Notes: generated by a model not told the origin, from the sequence alone. 64,000 bases of DNA from Azolla caroliniana (GCA_043228905.1 JBHGNT010000011.1:15748001-15812000); one strand, 5' to 3'. Numbered from the stretch's first letter, positions 38,410-52,000 are shown. Numbers and translations: made by a program.

Positions 38410-39964
38410 CCATGGCCTTTGCCTACCCCCGCTTTAACGGCGAAACTGACACCGCAACGCATATTCGCATGTTCCTGAATGTCTGGAATGCGAACCACAT
38501 GCCGTAGAGCCTTTCGGAGGCGGTAGCACACCAGTCGAAAATGACGGAGTTCGGGATAACATTAGATGGGCGAGCAGCGTTTTGGCATTCACAGATGGAT
38601 TTACCAGCAATAACAACCTTCGATCAGCTGCAGTCCACTTTCTTGCAATTCTTCCATCGGAGGGTTCCACAACGCGAAATCCTTGGACAGTTTTATACGA
38701 TTAAGCAACTGCCGACCGAGACGATAGCGGATTTCAGCTTACGTTTCCAAAATTTATGACGGAAACTGGAACGGAGCCCCGCGGAAGACGAGGCTCAGGA
38801 AACATTTATGGCAGCTTTACGCCGACCCATCCGGGCAACGCTCAACAACAATAGCGTGAAAGGGGAAACGGCGGATATGGTAATTGAACGAGCGTTACAG
38901 CTCGAGTTGGATGACGAGGAGGAAAGGTTTTCTATGTCCTCCTTACGACAAGCGTTACCTCAGGATGAGGAACGCCAGTTTCGTCAAGCAATCCAGTGCA
39001 CGATTTTCTTGAACTCGGCGCATTCCACAGTACACTGCAATATGCGAATCCACTGCCCAATCTGCCACTCGAAGGCTCACACAATCGACCAATGCGAATA
39101 CAATATATTAAACAGAGCCACTCTCGGAGTCCGCAGCATGGACACACAACGTTAACCACACCGGACTGAACAAAGGAGGCAAGAAGACCGACCCCGGTAT
39201 AAGGATCGCAACCCACGGGAGGACTAGTACCACTGGAATCGCCGAAATCACAACGATTCCGAGGAGGACGAACCAGAGGACGAGGATTATCGTGGACATC
39301 CGAGTTACGCCAAAGGGGGTCGGCACTACGAGAATCAACGGCCGACAAACAAACGGGGCGGCTTCAATGGTTATCGTGGTAAGCCACGGCAATATCGAGA
39401 TCACCGGCGTTACGACGAAAGCTCGAGGGATGAGCGGCACCAGGAACAACGACGGGACCAACAGCAGCCACCGCGTACGTTCCGACAAACGAGGCCGGAC
39501 CGACAGGAGCAAGTAGCACCAGGGGAGCGGCACACACCACCAGGATCCGAGAAGGGTGAATCAAGCATCCATTGTTTTATTTGTCAGCAACCTGCACATT
39601 ATGCCACGCAATGCCCAACACGCAAGGGAAAGGGGCCCGCTGTCAATACGATTATGGCGGAAGTGCAGCAAGTCATGACATGCCAGCAAACAAAAACGGT
39701 TGATTAGGCTGCGCAAGACGAGGTACGCCGACAAGCCCAAGCGTGGGTGGAAAAAGCAAACGTGACAAATACGAAATGTATGCGAAAGGAGTCCGCGCAC
39801 ACAATGGACCGAGCAGAGGACGAAAGACCGGTCCCAGACCCCATTTGGCAGGCGTTAGCAGGCTGTGAGATAACGTTAACCATGGAGAAACTGTTGCAGC
39901 TAGTCCCACGCTTCCGCCAGACCATGGAAGAACAGGTGACAGGCATACCCGGGGTGAGTATCGT
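38410..39964 (+). pseudogene. Retrotransposon gag with multiple zinc knuckles
   Basis: LPRFNGETD, TLDGRAAFW, IKQLPTETIADFSLRF, CPICHSKAHTIDQC and CFICQQPAHYATQC. Confidence 0.8.
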
Positions 39965-42900
39965 TGTCACGTTGTTACGCGCGTACGTGTAGAAAGGGGC
40001 GGGACCACGGGGGTCTTGGACCGAGGAGCAAGAGAGACAGAGACAGAGAGAGATTCACCGACACGTAGAAGCAAGAAAAGAGATATAGAACGTAACACCT
40101 AGCTATAATGGCAAGAGATTACAAACTCAGACAGTTACAACCGACAAAGCAGCGACGGACCCGACACGAGGACCCTACTCACGCACACCGACGACAACCA
40201 CATGACTCAAAGAAACAAAAGGGGGAAAGGGAGCGACCCTGCTGGAAGCACACGGGCTGTCCACGAAGCAGAGGCAGCGACCTCCCGACACCCGCAGAGA
40301 GTGACGATCCCAGTCGAAGAGACAGAGCTCCGCCTTCCGATCTGCAGCCACGCCTCTCTTCCTCCTCGCGCGCGATACCCATTTGTCCTTGTCCTCTTCC
40401 CTTTACTCCTTGTCCCTCTGACCAGGATACGCACAATCCCCCCCTAATAAATGCGTGCGACTTAGTATTTACATCCACCGGTTCGTGTACAGAATATCAA
40501 GTCACGCGTCCATCCGTGTAAGGGCCGGTTTACGCACTTTCTCTCCGATTCCGCCTATGGCCGGTTTTCTTCACGACATCCACCCCCACCAAACCGCGCA
40601 TCCACCGGTATGCGTCAGAGACGGGTAGATATCGAAGAAACCCGGCCTCACTAGTTGCTCTCTGATTCTCCGCCGGACCCGAACTGATTGTTGTTGTCGC
40701 TCCCGCTCGCAGGCTCCAGCTTGTCTTCGAACCGCTTTTTGAAAGCTTTGATCCCCTTTCCGGTCACCGGCACCGCTAATCGTGTCCCGTCGAGTTCCGC
40801 GAGGTGGTACGTGTCGTTGCCGTTCGCGCTCGTCACCATGTAGGGCCCGAACCATCTCCTAGCAAACTTTCACACCGCCTTGTGCTGATTGTCGAGGCTG
40901 TTGTCGTATACCAAGACCCAGTCGCCTTCCTCGATCTTCTTTGGTCGCAATAGGTGCGTCCGGTTGAACCGGATCTTGTTCCGCTCCCTCGCCGCTCGCA
41001 GCTTTTCCTTCGCCTGTATCACGTCCTTCGGCCTCCGCTCGAGTTGCCGAATCCGCGCCGCCAGCAACTCCTCCCGGCTCATTTCGTCCTTCCAATCTAT
41101 CGTCGCCCACAAAGAAACCGTCTGTTCCACCGGCATGATCGGCTTTTGTCCGTACATTAGCTCCGCCGGCATAAACCCTGTCACCGAACTATGCGTAGTC
41201 CGGTCCGCCCATAGCGTGTAAGGAAGGAGTCACGGCCAATTCCCGACCTGCCCACCGCATGCACGCACCAACGCCTTTACAATCGGTTCGTACCCACGTT
41301 CCACCTTTCCGTTCGCCTCCGGATTGTACACCGTGGTGAGGGAGAGTTTGATGCCTAGCCGGTCGAACAGCTCCTCGGCCTCCCGCACATCCAGCTCTCC
41401 CCGGTCCTCCACGATCCTCCCGATGCACCCGTACCGACACACTATTTCTTCGATTAGGAACCGGCATACCGCCGTTGTTGTCTTGCTTTGCAGTGCACGG
41501 CCTTCCACCTGGTTCCTTAAGTCTACCCGTGCAAGCATCAGGTATCGCATCTGTCCTACCCCCATCGACATCATCACCAAGTCCACCATCCACTTGAAAT
41601 GGACTATAGGCGGGTAGGTCGGGTGTAGCTCGTCCCGGTGTCAGACTACGAAGTGCACCAGACAGCTTTCGCAAGTCGTTACGAACCGATGCACGTCCTG
41701 ATATAGCCCCGGCCACCAGTACTTCTCCTTCAGCTTCTCGAACGTGCCCCACATTCCGCGGTGTCCGGCCCATGGGCTCTCGTGGAATGCTGCCAGTAGT
41801 TTCCCCTGTTCTTCTTTCTTTGCCACTACTCGGAGTGGGATGCCACTTCTCTTCTTTGGGTGTTTCCATATGCACCCGTCCCGCAGGAAGAATCGGTACA
41901 CCTTCCTCCGTATCCGGCTCGCCTCCTCTCTCGCCCATGCTGCGTCCGGCGTCATCGTCCGTAGGAACCTCCCGATTTGGAGCCACTCCCCGTCGTACCT
42001 ACTTTCGTCAAATTTGTTAAGCGCCGGAGTGTTCCCTTTCCTTCTTGTCGTTACGTTAGCCGACCCGAAGAATTCCTCGCCGACTTCTTCGTCCTCCGAA
42101 ACCATGCCGTCTTCGTCGTTGAACCTTGCCCTCGAAAGCATGTCGGCCATGGCGTTGTCCTTTCCGGAGATGTGCCGTATCTCCGGGTTCAGGGACTTAA
42201 TGTACGCTATCCACCGGAGCATTGCTAGGTCCGGCATCGTGCATCCGGAAACCATGTTGAGTATCGGCAGGCAGTCCATCTCGATAATCACCTCTGCCCC
42301 GATCAGATAATCCTTGTCGGCCTTGACTGCCCAAACGACACCCCAAAGTTCGCATTTAACTTGGGCGTACCCTCGATGCCGCTCGCCTAATACCTTCGCC
42401 CCGAACCGGATCGGGAATCGTACGCCACCCTTGTCCTCCTGACTGATTACCCACCCAATCCCGGTCGGCCTGGTGTCCACCGTTACGAAGATGGGAACAT
42501 CCTTGTCGTAAACCGCTTTACGGAGAGTCGGCGCTGCCGTAAGCGCCTCCTTTAGTCTCTGAAAGACTCCGTGTGCTCCGTCCTCCACTCAAATCTACAC
42601 CCCTTTTTCAATAGTCCGTAGAGGGTTTCCGCGACATGTGCGTAGAGCGGGATCCAGATGTGGTAGAACGCGCATGCCCCCAAGAATCTGCGGACCTCCG
42701 TGATCGACCTGCAAACGTTCCTCATTGCGGAGATGGCCTCTACCTTTGCCGGAGACGGTTTCCTACCGTAAGGCCCGCACAGGTGTCCGACCACCAAGAT
42801 CTTCGACTGTCCGAAGGCCGACTTTTCCCCGGAGAAGGTGAGCCTCGCGCGCTCTAGTCTCTGCAGCACCTTCTCGCAGTCATCAATGTGGGACGCCACG

Positions 42901-44828
42901 AAATTCCAACATCCGTCCGGCCCGATTGCCTCATCCCTTTTCTCTATCAGGCATCCCTTGATCGGGATTTCGTCTAAGAATGGCATGGTGATGTCTGGGA
43001 TACAATCCCTGAGCACTTTGTTCATCGCGTTCACCATGTGAGCCACTGAGTTCGTCCCTCCTTGTGGTAGGGTACACATCCACACTAGGCCGAGAGGAGT
43101 CTGCATCATTGTAATGTCTCTGCTCTCCACGGCTAGTTGGAACTGATCGTACCCCGAGTACAGATCACCGACAGAATAGATCGACCTTCCAGCGAAGGCC
43201 TCCGCGAACTCGTCTATGGTCGGTCTGATCCCTGCATTACGGATGGTCACCTTGTTGACCGGTTGTAGGTCCTGGATGAAGCGCAGCGTGCCGTTCTTCT
43301 TCGGCACCGTAAACCACCGATTCGAATACGGGGCACTCGACGGTTCGAGGATGCCCATCTCCACCTTTTGCTTTAGGAGCTCCAACAACTTCGGGATGTG
43401 AGCTCTTGGCACCGGAATCGGCTTGAGATTCCACGGTACATGCGGTACCGTGAAGATCACCATCGGTTCGACAACTGTCGGGTCTACGCACCCGATCTCC
43501 TCCGGTGAGAATGCGAAAGCCTTCCTGTGCCTCCCGAGCATTCTCCGAAACCGGTCCTCCTCTGCCGACAGTAGGAAGCCGCCCCCACCAACCTTGAGCT
43601 CCCGTAGCGTTATGTCGGTGAACCGGTGCCCTATGCCAGCCGGATTTCGTAAACTTGGGTCCGACGCGACCCCTTTTATCCACCCCTCGCTGCCCTCCGG
43701 CAAGGGTGCCACGACTGGCCTCACCTTCCAGTCCACAATCTTGTATTTCGTATCCATGTGGACCGTCCGATCCGACCCGATCCTTTCCCCGAAGTCTGCG
43801 ATGACTTCGTACATTCCCATCGACCCTACCGGAACGCTCCAGTCTTCCCTAAGGTCTTCACCGATCACCTTTCGTAGTTCGCCCAAGGTGTCGTCAAAAG
43901 AGACCGACTCCACGGCGCCACTGATGTCCTCGTCGGGGAAGAGGACTCCGCATCCCCTGACCCGCTCCTCCGCTCGCTTCCTTTCCCGGCCGCTGACGCC
44001 GGCCATAGTACAACCTCCGTTGTCGGAGAACCAAAACTTCCTACCCATGGTACAAGTCTTCTTCCCTACTGTACATTTGTGGGGTTGTTCCCGGGAGTCT
44101 GGACTATCGCAGCCCCACGCCTTGATAGCCCTCTCTAAAAATCCCCTCGGGTTTCGCTGCCGAGGGCCTCGTGGTTTGGTCGCACCGTTAGGAATTGGAC
44201 CGAGTGACGCTCGTCCTGACTTTTGACTCTTGCATAGGCTGAACCGTTGTCCAGCACCTTGGTCTCCATCCGTGTTGCCGTGATATATGGCTCTCCTAGT
44301 ATAACCGGATGCGAGGACGTCTCCTGCACGAAGAAGTGTTGGTCGATCTCGACACCGCCGATTTTCACCCGTACGTTCGGACAGGCCCCATGTAGTTCTT
44401 CCATGGCGCGCGTCGCTCCCGTATCTTCCAGCCATGCTTGGTGTTGATCAGCCATTTACCCTTCTTGTAGAAATCCATGGACATCAAGTTAATTTCGGAT
44501 CCATGGTCTACCAACGCCACCACCGGTTCCAGAACGTTGTCGATCCGTATAGGGGTTTCCGTAGTCGCCCTGGCCCAATGCGGCTTCGTGTTGTGGCTTC
44601 GTGTTGTGGCTTCCCGCCAGCTCATCTTCCAAGGCTCCGTCTTCCAGGTGCGTGGTCCGCACTTCCATCGGCTTCTCCGGTTCCGGCTCCGTCGAGAGCC
44701 TCTTCCGCTTCACCAAGTCTACGATAGAGTCGTGGAACTCCCTCTTGGCGATTCCCAGCACCTCCCGCAACGACAGCTCCACTTTACTGTCGAGGATTCG
44801 CTCTTCAAGGACCTTTCGTAGGTCCATT
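39965..44828 (-). mobile_element. Gypsy family copy 2: 3' LTR, pol, protease and gag end; 5' half lost
   Basis: 3' LTR 39965-40578 starts tgtcgtgaagaaaaccg on minus; PPT-like ggtgggggtgga; peptides closely similar to copy 1. Confidence 0.93.
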
Positions 44829-45958
44829 TGTTACGAGCATGACCATTTAATATCCCGTGGTGAGAATTTACCGTAGTATTCTATACACGTGGATAAGTGT
44901 GAGGGTTAAACGAGAGTGTAAAGAAGGGGAGGATTACTTTTAATCCTCGGGATTGAGACAACCCATTAGGTCAAGTGTGAACTTGCCTGGGGGCCTTGGG
45001 TATCGCTATAAATAAGAGGCCTAGCTACCCTCATTTGATCATCTTTGGACTACATCGAGACTCTGCTCTTGTGGTGGGTCAACTCTTGTAGCGAGCGCGC
45101 CAACACCAGGTACGACTCGACGCCACGGCGGTGGTATGGGACGCCGATCGAGGCTCAAGTCCGTCTCGATCCCTTCGCTCGGGGGTGGTCGGGTGGATCG
45201 GCACCCTTCTTTCTCTTTCTCCTTTCTATCTATCATTTGTTTATCCTTATCTTAAGCTTACTTTAGTACTTAGATCTCTAATATTTGGTATCAGATTTAT
45301 GTACTAATGTTTCTTTGTTTTTCATTTGTCGTTTGATTGATGGTGATCGATCGATGTGCGGTCGGCCTTGATCCAGACAACGATCAACAAAGAACTTCGG
45401 TAACTCTTTCTAGAATTTTTTTTCTATTCTCTCTTCTCCCATCTAATCATGTGTTTAGTTTATATGTCATTTTTTTTCATTAAGTCAATGATGTTGTAGT
45501 GGTCTTTAATTGATTATCTAAAACGTTTACATATGTGCACGAGGTCAATACCTCGTTTGACATATAAATAATATGTGATGAGTGTCGTATGCGTACGAGG
45601 TTAATACCTCAATTACGTATTACGTTCACGAACATATGTTACGTTTGCGTATGAGTTTAATACCTTGATTTGTTGTAAAGGATATGCGTTTGGTCTCATA
45701 TGCGTAAGAGGTCAATACCTCAATTGCGTATTACGATGATCTCTTATTTGTGGATGTTTCGTGTGCGTAGAGGTATATACCTCGATTACGTATCTCGATC
45801 ACATCATTTGTGGCTATTTAATATAACCATTTGTGGTCACATATATACGTATTTGATCGTATATATGTGATAAGTAAACATATGTGTATATTCGTTATTA
45901 CGTGATTATATCGAATGTTGTCCTTGTCGGGAAAAGGATGTTGGTGGCTGTCCTCACA
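44829..45958 (+). mobile_element. Probable solo LTR of a further family, with non-matching flanks
   Basis: tgttacg...cctcaca; ctataaata at 45006; non-coding block separating two unrelated coding remnants. Right boundary is inferred. Confidence 0.6.
45534..45783. repeat. Five regularly spaced ~21-bp hairpin repeats
   Basis: Consensus TGCGTAnGAGGTcAATACCTC at 45534, 45590, 45646, 45701 and 45764. Confidence 0.85.
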
Positions 45959-48464
45959 TTTTTGTGAGAATGGCATTGTCCAAGCAAATTCCGGATCCCT
46001 TCTTCCGTGAAGTTGCCAAGTTCCTGCTAGAAGTCGGTTGCGTACATGTCAACGCATATGGGATGCCTAAGCAGAAGGCAGGCATCATTATCGATACCTT
46101 TGAGGGGCGTACGGTCGATTGGGGGGTCATCACAGGGCCGGCGTTAAGGGAAGGCATGCAGGCGTACCAGGCAGGCAAAAAGCTCAGGTCGATCATACAA
46201 CAGTACCTTACGGTACTATTTCCACCCCGAGGCTTGCCGACACCGCAGCCCAGCCGGCCCACGCCCCCGCCCCGATCCGCGAAGCGCAGGTTAGCGGAGT
46301 TATCGGCCCCAGAGTGGGAAGAGGAACCCCGACCCGCCCAGCCTGACCCAAGGACAACACCACCTACCGACCAGCCAGACACACGGACAATGCAGGAGGA
46401 ACAGTCGGCACGTTCCATGGAAGCAGCCCCAGAGCCAGACACCGAAACACGGCAGGATAGCCCCAGACCGAAACGGCGTAGATTGGACAGGAAAGATAGG
46501 CGGGGGTTGGTCAAAAACATTCCCACGGCGATAGAAACACCGACCGAAGGCGATGGCTCCGCAGCTACGGAACCCAATACCACCTTCGAAATCATACGGG
46601 AGCCACAGCCGATCATTACGACCCAGTCCCAACGAGGGAAAGCCGTATTGACGACGGAAAGCGAGGTTTTGGCATATCTGGATATCCCGGATACGGCCCA
46701 TGAGTTCAGCGCCCTCTTACAATTCGGCACTTCTTTTGAGCTCATGGAGTTCCTGGCAACACAACAGGTAAAAGCCGCCCAACGAATGGCCAAAGAGCAT
46801 GCAGAACGCCAGATGATTGAGCGCGCCCTAACACAAACGACGGAGAGCGACAATGAGGACCGGTTACCCAGGGTCGGCAGACAGAGGAACGTCAGGGTAC
46901 GCCGAGTGGGGATGGAGATACCCCCATTAAACACGGCCCTAGTCGAAGTCCATCGGGAACTGGCAAAGGTCAACACGGGCGCCAAGGAGATGGCCATAAA
47001 AAATAAGAATGTCTAGAAGAAGGTGAAACTGACCCAAGTCGAACTACAAAAAGCCAACGAACGCATCGCGAAGTTGGAAGCTCACACGGCTACGGCGCAA
47101 CACGCAACTCCGCCACCAAACCACGACATCGACGCTTTAAAGGAAGAAATTGAGGCTCGGACCGCCATCGCCTCAAAAGCGAAAAGGGTCGTGCAACTAG
47201 CGGAATCAGAAATTGACTGCCTTCGAGCGGAACTCCGCCAATCCTCAGACAGAGAAAAGGAGATACGGGCTAACGGCCGGAAGGCAGTAAAAACCCTTGA
47301 AGAGAAACTGGCTACGAAGGTAGCTCAGCACATCCAGACAAAAGACGACAATGCCCAATTACGGGAGGACACGAAGAAATCAGAGGCGGCAATCGTGTGA
47401 CTCCGGGCCTTATTAGAAAAAAAGAAGGTATGGTTCGACGAGCAGTTGGTGGTCGAACAAGACAGAAGGCATCAGCTCGAAGTCCGCCTAAACAATGAAA
47501 TGGGGAAATTAGAAGAACAACATGCAAAGGAATCCCAGCTGTGGGCAGGCCTGAAGGCCACGTACGAAGAAGCGGCGGTGGTTAAACAACAGGAAATCGC
47601 AAACCACCAGAAGTCGATGGAGGACGCACGCAACCGTTGCTAGGCCATCACAAATAACATGTGTATCCTTCTCCAAACAAATCGGGAGAGGTTCACAGCG
47701 CAATTGAAAATGGCGTTGGACAAAGGATGGATAGCGTGGGCAACCCAAGCAGCGGAATTGCACGCATATCATGCAGCTGGGAGAATCGGCGAAAAGACAG
47801 CCGAGGTTTATATAAACTAAATGAGGAGAGCATTGCGGCCGTACGAGAGGACCTAGTGCAAGACTATTGTGCACTAGCGGACCAACACTCCGAAGAACGC
47901 ACATAGCTCTTAGATGATTTTGGTGAAAGCCAAGAGGAGCTACTTCACCAGATCACACAAGCCGGCAACACACGCACAAACGAGGAATCCAGCATGACAC
48001 CAATTCCGGGCACGGCCGAAGAAGAGGAACCTCAGGCCCGATCACCAGAAATGACAACGATGGAAAACAGCGCGGACCAACGAGCGGAGTCCCCCACAGG
48101 ACCAGACAGCGAAACCACTGCACAAGAGGAGGTTCATCCGCACGAGCCCACGCTATCATCGGACCACACGGAGAATGGTGCGGGCCAGGCGAAATCTCCG
48201 CCCCACTCCCCGGAACGTACAAAAACGATCGACACCACGGAGTCGCAACCGACTACAAGCACGACAACGGCGGAGCCCAACCCACTAGCTCAAGAAGAGC
48301 CCACTGTACCCGGACCACCCACACACGGCGACTGTGACTCCAGGAGAAACCAGCCCGACCAAACAGGGGACCCACACCACGATGCACCTACGGGCCCTAT
48401 GTCACCTCCGGACGCGGACACCACAGCAGAGCCAAACATCCGGGCCATTTTGGAAGAGGATTAA
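45959..48464 (+). pseudogene. Extra 3' ORF of the Tat-like element (globular head, Pro-rich linker, long coiled coil, acidic tail)
   Basis: In-frame ORF pieces starting 45964, 47023 and 47446, a frameshift near 47810, ending TAA at 48464, 47 bp before the 3' LTR. Confidence 0.75.
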
Positions 48465-49060
48465 CGGGATGGGTCTGACGTGCCAGGGCACTGTCCCACA
48501 GGCGTGCCAAGTGTTGTCCGCCGGAATAGTAACTGACGGACAAGAGTGTAGGAATAAGAAATAATATAAGATCATAACGCATGTAACGGTTCACGCAGGA
48601 AGCGTGAACGGCTAAATAGACCTTGCGTATATAAAGGGCAGAAAACCTCTCATAAAGGGAGCGTGTAATTTTGGGAATGTAAGAAACGTCTCATAATAGA
48701 ATTTTATCTTCTCTGATTCTCTGTGTATAGCTATGGCTAATCCATTGTGTGTGTCTTGAAGACCTAAGCGTGTAAGAACGTAAGTGTAACCTTTGCTAAG
48801 GATTCGGTTGTAGCCCTCTCCCTTATACGCTGATAGGTTGCAGGGAACATTCCCCTACGCATTACGCTTAGACGCCTATTCGTTATTCCACACCCACTTG
48901 GAGGTCTAGGTCAAAGGACTGACCGCGAACCATGTTCCTAATTGGCAACAAGGATATGGTGCATGAAAATCCATATGCAGCAATGGAGCATATGCTTTGA
49001 CTAGTTTCATGACATTGGTTGCTCTAAAGGAGCAAGTGCACCCATAACATTGTTGATTGA

Positions 49061-52000
49061 ATGAAAGTGGTAACATGGAATGTGAGAGGGGCATGTTCTC
49101 CTCATAAGAAGTATATATTATGGGAAACTTTGTTAAGTAAAGAATGGGATGTATTATGTGCAGTTGAGCATAAGTGTCATGAGTTAGCAAGATCCACAGT
49201 TCATTTACATGGATATTCATCATTCTATGTAGGACATCTTAATAATCATTATTCAGGTGTGGTACTAATTGTGTGGGATAAATATTATCCTCAAGTGGTG
49301 CATAATGATCCTTATGGTTGATTTTTCGTTCTAGAAAACACTTTTTTTGGTGAGGTTGTGTGGGTGGTTGGGATATATGTTCCAAACCAAGCCACTCAAT
49401 GTATTGCATTATGGGGCTCACTCCTTCAAACCCTATGTGTGGGTCGTCCAGGATTACTTATGGGTGATTTTAACATGTGTGTTGATGCATCTCAATCTAC
49501 GTCTGAACATTCAATCATGGATGATCCTGAGCAACTTGCTTGAGATTCATTAGTTATGGAGGTTTTGAAGTTGGATGTTTGGACATGGTTGCATGGGAAT
49601 GATCCAGGTTTTACTTTCCAATACACTCAACATAGACAAACATGGAGTCGGTTAGATAGAATGTATGTGATGCACAATGATTCTTTTTTACCGACATCAT
49701 TTCATATGAAAGTTCTACAAGATGTAGGAACTTCAAATCACTTTCCTATTTGTTTGGAGGTTTGTAATCATGCAATTGACATGTATAAATCCTTACTTGG
49801 AAAGCCTCCATTACGCTTTAACTCTTCTCTTTTGCTTCAACCTCACTTTGATTCTCTCATGGAGCAAATTTTGGTAAATTTTTCACAAGAAGTGAATCTT
49901 AAAGGAGTTAAAGCATGGGATATCACGTTACAAAACATTAAGGTCATTCATCGTATGTATGGAGTAACTAATGCTCAACGAAGAAGAGCTCTTCATCGAC
50001 AATTCTCACAAGTTCTCTCTAGGTGTAATGCATTATTGATACATGCACCATTAGATGAGGAGTTTTTGGATATCCAAAGTCAATTGCATGTTATTATTTC
50101 TCAGTTGCAATGCCAAAGTTATCGTTATGCAAAGATGCGACAACTAAGGGATGGGCTCATAGATAATCAATGTCAATCTCATTTGTTTCTCCAAGCGTTA
50201 CATCCTACTTATGCTCGATCTAATGTGGTACATATGAAGCAAGGGGATGAATGGATAGAGGATCCTACTACAATAATTGACATATGTGTTCATTACTTTA
50301 AGGAGTTGATTGGCCCACAATTGTTAATGACAAATGAGGTGAGTAGAGCACGTCATGAGATTTATGATGTGCTTGGATGCATTATGCATAACCTCATTAG
50401 TCATGAATTGGATGCGGATTTCACTGAGGATGAGGTGGACACAATTTTAAGGCATCTTCCTAGTGGTAAGAGCCCTGGTTCGGATGGCTTGACAAATGAA
50501 GTTTTTAAGCGATATTCAAACATTTTAAAGGGGCCCTTAACTTTGATGTTTCAACATTCTTGGGATTATGGTCGTATGCCTCAAGCATGGAAGGTTGGTC
50601 TAATTAAATTAGTTCCAAAGGTGGCATCTCCCGAGTCATTTCATCAATAGAGACCTATTTCTTTGATGGGGGGGTTGTATAAGATATTTACAAAGGTCTT
50701 GGCAAATAGATTACAAAAGTATTTGCCAAAGTTGATACATCCCGCCCAATATGGTTTTATTGCAGATAGGAATATATTGCATAATGTGTTGAATGTTCAA
50801 ATGGCCATGGATTATGCTCGACACACTCATCAAGAATTGATTATGGTCCAATTAGATTTGGAGAAAGCTTATGATCATGTTAATTGGTCCTTTGTTTCTG
50901 GGTTAGTGCATACAATAGGCTTTGGACCTCGTATGTCTCGCCTCATATTTTTATTAGGACAAGATGCAGTGTCTCGAGTAATGCTTAATGGGGGAGTTAC
51001 ATCAAATATTGCCTCACAAGATCCGTTCATCAAGGATGCCCTCTTAGCCCATTGTTGTTTGCTATTGTTACTCATCCGTTGTTAGCAATGTTATCAAGGC
51101 TTGCAACAACTGATAACATTGTGGGTCTACATCTTCCGTCTAGAGGGCAACTCATAGCACAAGCTTTGGCTGATGATTATTTCATGTTTCTACAAGCCTC
51201 ACAAGAGAATCGTGAGAAGGGGATGCTTGTATGGAACCAATTTGCATTGGCTTCCGGATTACATATTAATTAGAGGAAGCCTAGTCTCATATCATGTACT
51301 GAAAGGGATTTGGAATGCTTAGGATCCATGGTGAAGAAAGGCTCTATTTTTCGACACTTGAGCTATCCATTAGGAATGAATGTTACAAATAGTCAATTGA
51401 TTGAATGGGTGTCTAGTAAGTTGAGGGATAGGTTCATGTGTTGGAAGTCACAATCTTGGCCATTTCATGTACGCTTGAAGGTTGTACAATGTATTATGGA
51501 ACCTAGGGATCGGCAACGGTTCAGTTTAGGCTTAGCCGGTTTGGCTTGATCCAAGCCAAACCGGCTAAGCCTAAACCGTTTACAGGATCTCAAACCTGAG
51601 CCGAGCCGAGCCGAGCCGGTTCACAAACCGGTTTAGGCTAAACCGGTTTATGCTAAACCAGTTTGTGAACCGGTTTGGTAAACGGCTTGTAAACCGGTTT
51701 CTAAACCAGCTTGGAAACCGGTTTAGAAACCTCCCTCTCTCTCCCTCTCTCCCTACCTCCCTCTCTCTCAAATGATCCACTATATACTATATACTATATA
51801 CTATACATTGTACAAGCTCTCCCTCCCACTCTCTCTCACGTCTGTGGTCTCGACTCTCTCTCCCTCTCCCTCTCTCTCCCCTCTATGTAGTTCCTCTCTC
51901 TCTCTCTCTCATGTCTATGGTCTCGACTCTCCCTCCCTCTCTCTCTCTCTCTCTCCCCTCTATGTAGTTCCTCTCTCTCTCTCTCTCCCTCTGTGTAGTC

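Larger units (their letters stand above)
37688..48950 (+). mobile_element. Tat/Athila-like Gypsy LTR element: gag and 3' extra ORF present, pol missing
   Basis: LTRs 37688-38124 and 48512-48950 (roughly 16 differences); perfect TSD AGGAT; TATA gtatataaag on +; Arg-type PBS tggcacacttggt. Lineage inferred without RT. Confidence 0.88.

Noticed and set aside
42552-44435. 627-aa ORF as an independently initiated pol
   Set aside because: The first ~100 aa are the off-frame reading of protease; RT-frame similarity to copy 1 begins at the slippery site.
45286-45296. tggtatcaga as a Met PBS ending the LTR
   Set aside because: Short match not preceded by a CA terminus and not followed by gag; cannot be fully excluded.
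45534-45783. A true CRISPR array
   Set aside because: Eukaryotic context, no cas genes, degenerate repeats and partly related spacers; kept only as a hairpin array.
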